Shown here: piece by piece, positions 59,576 through 64,000 of the stretch
How positions within the stretch are numbered: the first letter of the stretch is position 1
Layout: the number at the start of each line of letters is the position of its first letter
Origin: Phaeosaccion multiseriatum
Taxonomy: Eukaryota > Protista > Ochrophyta, other classes
Length of the DNA: 64,000 bases
NCBI GenBank assembly: GCA_965112735.1
Contig: OZ218951.1
Span: 5,924,964-5,988,963, forward strand
Direction of reading: 5' to 3'
Notes under the pieces: generated by a model
The model's input: the letters and a program-made list of their open reading frames with translations, nothing else
Databases searched by the model: none
Told to the model about the DNA's origin: nothing
Made by a program: the position numbers and the translations under genes

Positions 59576-62500
59576 GGTTAGGGTTAGGGTTAGGGTTAGG
59601 GTTAGGGTTAGGGTTAGGGTTAGGGTTAGGGTTAGGGTTAGGGTTAGGGTTAGGGTTAGGGTTAGGGTTAGGGTTAGGGTTAGGGTTAGGGTTAGGGTTA
59701 GGGTTAGGGTTAGGGTTAGGGTTAGGGTTAGGGTTAGGGTTAGGGTTAGGGTTAGGGTTAGGTTAGGGTTAGGGTTAGGGTTAGGGTTAGGGTTAGGGTT
59801 AGGGTTAGGGTTAGGGTTAGGGTTAGGGTTAGGGTTAGGGTTAGGGTTAGGGTTAGGGTTAGGGTTAGGGTTAGGGTTAGGGTTAGGGTTAGGGTTAGGG
59901 TTAGGGTTAGGGTTAGGGTTAGGGTTAGGGTTAGGGTTAGGGTTAGGGTTAGGGTTAGGGTTAGGGTTAGGGTTAGGGTTAGGGTTAGGGTTAGGGTTAG
60001 GGTTAGGGTTAGGGTTAGGGTTAGGGTTAGGGTTAGGGTTAGGGTTAGGGTTAGGGTTAGGGTTAGGGTTAGGGTTAGGGTTAGGGTTAGGGTTAGGGTT
60101 AGGGTTAGGGTTAGGGTTAGGGTTAGGGTTAGGGTTAGGGTTAGGGTTAGGGTTAGGGTTAGGGTTAGGGTTAGGGTTAGGGTTAGGGTTAGGGTTAGGG
60201 TTAGGGTTAGGGTTAGGGTTAGGGTTAGGGTTAGGGTTAGGGTTAGGGTTAGGGTTAGGGTTAGGGTTAGGGTTAGGGTTAGGGTTAGGGTTAGGGTTAG
60301 GGTTAGGGTTAGGGTTAGGGTTAGGGTTAGGGTTAGGGTTAGGGTTAGGGTTAGGGTTAGGGTTAGGGTTAGGGTTAGGGTTAGGGTTAGGGTTAGGGTT
60401 AGGGTTAGGGTTAGGGTTAGGGTTAGGGTTAGGGTTAGGGTTAGGGTTAGGGTTAGGGTTAGGGTTAGGGTTAGGGTTAGGGTTAGGGTTAGGGTTAGGG
60501 TTAGGGTTAGGGTTAGGGTTAGGGTTAGGGTTAGGGTTAGGGTTAGGGTTAGGGTTAGGGTTAGGGTTAGGGTTAGGGTTAGGGTTAGGGTTAGGGTTAG
60601 GGTTAGGGTTAGGGTTAGGGTTAGGGTTAGGGTTAGGGTTAGGGTTAGGGTTAGGGTTAGGGTTAGGGTTAGGGTTAGGGTTAGGGTTAGGGTTAGGGTT
60701 AGGGTTAGGGTTAGGGTTAGGGTTAGGGTTAGGGTTAGGGTTAGGGTTAGGGTTAGGGTTAGGGTTAGGGTTAGGGTTAGGGTTAGGGTTAGGGTTAGGG
60801 TTAGGGTTAGGGTTAGGGTTAGGGTTAGGGTTAGGGTTAGGGTTAGGGTTAGGGTTAGGGTTAGGGTTAGGGTTAGGGTTAGGGTTAGGGTTAGGGTTAG
60901 GGTTAGGGTTAGGGTTAGGGTTAGGGTTAGGGTTAGGGTTAGGGTTAGGGTTAGGGTTAGGGTTAGGGTTAGGGTTAGGGTTAGGGTTAGGGTTAGGGTT
61001 AGGGTTAGGGTTAGGGTTAGGGTTAGGGTTAGGGTTAGGGTTAGGGTTAGGGTTAGGGTTAGGGTTAGGGTTAGGGTTAGGGTTAGGGTTAGGGTTAGGG
61101 TTAGGGTTAGGGTTAGGGTTAGGGTTAGGGTTAGGGTTAGGGTTAGGGTTAGGGTTAGGGTTAGGGTTAGGGTTAGGGTTAGGGTTAGGGTTAGGGTTAG
61201 GGTTAGGGTTAGGGTTAGGGTTAGGGTTAGGGTTAGGGTTAGGGTTAGGGTTAGGGTTAGGGTTAGGGTTAGGGTTAGGGTTAGGGTTAGGGTTAGGGTT
61301 AGGGTTAGGGTTAGGGTTAGGGTTAGGGTTAGGGTTAGGGTTAGGGTTAGGGTTAGGGTTAGGGTTAGGGTTAGGGTTAGGGTTAGGGTTAGGGTTAGGG
61401 TTAGGGTTAGGGTTAGGGTTAGGGTTAGGGTTAGGGTTAGGGTTAGGGTTAGGGTTAGGGTTAGGGTTAGGGTTAGGGTTAGGGTTAGGGTTAGGGTTAG
61501 GGTTAGGGTTAGGGTTAGGGTTAGGGTTAGGGTTAGGGTTAGGGTTAGGGTTAGGGTTAGGGTTAGGGTTAGGGTTAGGGTTAGGGTTAGGGTTAGGGTT
61601 AGGGTTAGGGTTAGGGTTAGGGTTAGGGTTAGGGTTAGGGTTAGGGTTAGGGTTAGGGTTAGGGTTAGGGTTAGGGTTAGGGTTAGGGTTAGGGTTAGGG
61701 TTAGGGTTAGGGTTAGGGTTAGGGTTAGGGTTAGGGTTAGGGTTAGGGTTAGGGTTAGGGTTAGGGTTAGGGTTAGGGTTAGGGTTAGGGTTAGGGTTAG
61801 GGTTAGGGTTAGGGTTAGGGTTAGGGTTAGGGTTAGGGTTAGGGTTAGGGTTAGGGTTAGGGTTAGGGTTAGGGTTAGGGTTAGGGTTAGGGTTAGGGTT
61901 AGGGTTAGGGTTAGGGTTAGGGTTAGGGTTAGGGTTAGGGTTAGGGTTAGGGTTAGGGTTAGGGTTAGGGTTAGGGTTAGGGTTAGGGTTAGGGTTAGGG
62001 TTAGGGTTAGGGTTAGGGTTAGGGTTAGGGTTAGGGTTAGGGTTAGGGTTAGGGTTAGGGTTAGGGTTAGGGTTAGGGTTAGGGTTAGGGTTAGGGTTAG
62101 GGTTAGGGTTAGGGTTAGGGTTAGGGTTAGGGTTAGGGTTAGGGTTAGGGTTAGGGTTAGGGTTAGGGTTAGGGTTAGGGTTAGGGTTAGGGTTAGGGTT
62201 AGGGTTAGGGTTAGGGTTAGGGTTAGGGTTAGGGTTAGGGTTAGGGTTAGGGTTAGGGTTAGGGTTAGGGTTAGGGTTAGGGTTAGGGTTAGGGTTAGGG
62301 TTAGGGTTAGGGTTAGGGTTAGGGTTAGGGTTAGGGTTAGGGTTAGGGTTAGGGTTAGGGTTAGGGTTAGGGTTAGGGTTAGGGTTAGGGTTAGGGTTAG
62401 GGTTAGGGTTAGGGTTAGGGTTAGGGTTAGGGTTAGGGTTAGGGTTAGGGTTAGGGTTAGGGTTAGGGTTAGGGTTAGGGTTAGGGTTAGGGTTAGGGTT

Positions 62501-64000
62501 AGGGTTAGGGTTAGGGTTAGGGTTAGGGTTAGGGTTAGGGTTAGGGTTAGGGTTAGGGTTAGGGTTAGGGTTAGGGTTAGGGTTAGGGTTAGGGTTAGGG
62601 TTAGGGTTAGGGTTAGGGTTAGGGTTAGGGTTAGGGTTAGGGTTAGGGTTAGGGTTAGGGTTAGGGTTAGGGTTAGGGTTAGGGTTAGGGTTAGGGTTAG
62701 GGTTAGGGTTAGGGTTAGGGTTAGGGTTAGGGTTAGGGTTAGGGTTAGGGTTAGGGTTAGGGTTAGGGTTAGGGTTAGGGTTAGGGTTAGGGTTAGGGTT
62801 AGGGTTAGGGTTAGGGTTAGGGTTAGGGTTAGGGTTAGGGTTAGGGTTAGGGTTAGGGTTAGGGTTAGGGTTAGGGTTAGGGTTAGGGTTAGGGTTAGGG
62901 TTAGGGTTAGGGTTAGGGTTAGGGTTAGGGTTAGGGTTAGGGTTAGGGTTAGGGTTAGGGTTAGGGTTAGGGTTAGGGTTAGGGTTAGGGTTAGGGTTAG
63001 GGTTAGGGTTAGGGTTAGGGTTAGGGTTAGGGTTAGGGTTAGGGTTAGGGTTAGGGTTAGGGTTAGGGTTAGGGTTAGGGTTAGGGTTAGGGTTAGGGTT
63101 AGGGTTAGGGTTAGGGTTAGGGTTAGGGTTAGGGTTAGGGTTAGGGTTAGGGTTAGGGTTAGGGTTAGGGTTAGGGTTAGGGTTAGGGTTAGGGTTAGGG
63201 TTAGGGTTAGGGTTAGGGTTAGGGTTAGGGTTAGGGTTAGGGTTAGGGTTAGGGTTAGGGTTAGGGTTAGGGTTAGGGTTAGGGTTAGGGTTAGGGTTAG
63301 GGTTAGGGTTAGGGTTAGGGTTAGGGTTAGGGTTAGGGTTAGGGTTAGGGTTAGGGTTAGGGTTAGGGTTAGGGTTAGGGTTAGGGTTAGGGTTAGGGTT
63401 AGGGTTAGGGTTAGGGTTAGGGTTAGGGTTAGGGTTAGGGTTAGGGTTAGGGTTAGGGTTAGGGTTAGGGTTAGGGTTAGGGTTAGGGTTAGGGTTAGGG
63501 TTAGGGTTAGGGTTAGGGTTAGGGTTAGGGTTAGGGTTAGGGTTAGGGTTAGGGTTAGGGTTAGGGTTAGGGTTAGGGTTAGGGTTAGGGTTAGGGTTAG
63601 GGTTAGGGTTAGGGTTAGGGTTAGGGTTAGGGTTAGGGTTAGGGTTAGGGTTAGGGTTAGGGTTAGGGTTAGGGTTAGGGTTAGGGTTAGGGTTAGGGTT
63701 AGGGTTAGGGTTAGGGTTAGGGTTAGGGTTAGGGTTAGGGTTAGGGTTAGGGTTAGGGTTAGGGTTAGGGTTAGGGTTAGGGTTAGGGTTAGGGTTAGGG
63801 TTAGGGTTAGGGTTAGGGTTAGGGTTAGGGTTAGGGTTAGGGTTAGGGTTAGGGTTAGGGTTAGGGTTAGGGTTAGGGTTACCGTTAGGGTTAGGGTTAG
63901 GGTTAGGGTTAGGGTTAGGGTTAGGGTTAGGGTTAGGGTTAGGGTTAGGGTTAGGGTTAGGGTTAGGGTTAGGGTTAGGGTTAGGGTTAGGGTTAGGGTT
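59576..64000 (+). repeat. Telomere, (TTAGGG)n, G-strand on +, at least 4.4 kb
   Basis: Near-perfect TTAGGG array to the window end; single variants near 59760 and 63882. Confidence 0.99.

Noticed and set aside
59545-59766. (LG)n ORF
   Set aside because: Translation of telomeric repeats.
63875-63890. Telomere variant ttaccg (and a TTAGG unit near 59760)
   Set aside because: Isolated variants cannot be told apart from read or consensus errors.

Overview
This is the right-hand end of a GC-rich, intron-rich eukaryotic chromosome. Bipartite signal+transit-like presequences and a TTAGGG telomere suggest an ochrophyte-type alga (inference). From left to right: (1) a very large minus-strand gene with about 23 Tudor/Agenet-like domains, 18 of them near-identical, running off the left edge; (2) a small gene with an uncharacterised 'GPIIINxDG..IANW' domain; (3) a CRE-like non-LTR retrotransposon relic; (4) an orphan membrane protein; (5) an 11-exon gene fusing a YqiA-like alpha/beta-hydrolase, a CYTH/thiamine-triphosphatase-like domain and a second copy of the uncharacterised domain; (6) USP7/UBP12; (7) a C-terminally short ribosomal P0 (uL10) with an H/ACA-like RNA in one intron; (8) an SHMT whose core sits between two copies of a ~2 kb duplication and shares its promoter and presequence with the downstream Ala/Glu-rich gene; (9) an inverted pair of cytochrome P450 genes that differ by one intron; (10) a coiled-coil/low-complexity gene; (11) a DAG-lipase-like gene; (12) an HD-domain hydrolase; (13) an AT-richer subtelomeric block, a two-variant 32/33-bp telomere-associated minisatellite and about 4.4 kb of (TTAGGG)n. 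The best candidates for novelty are the chimeric SHMT, the triple-domain fusion enzyme, the Tudor mega-array, and two intron features (frequent AAG acceptors and a position-biased 13-mer). All exon models were built by eye; no searches were run.
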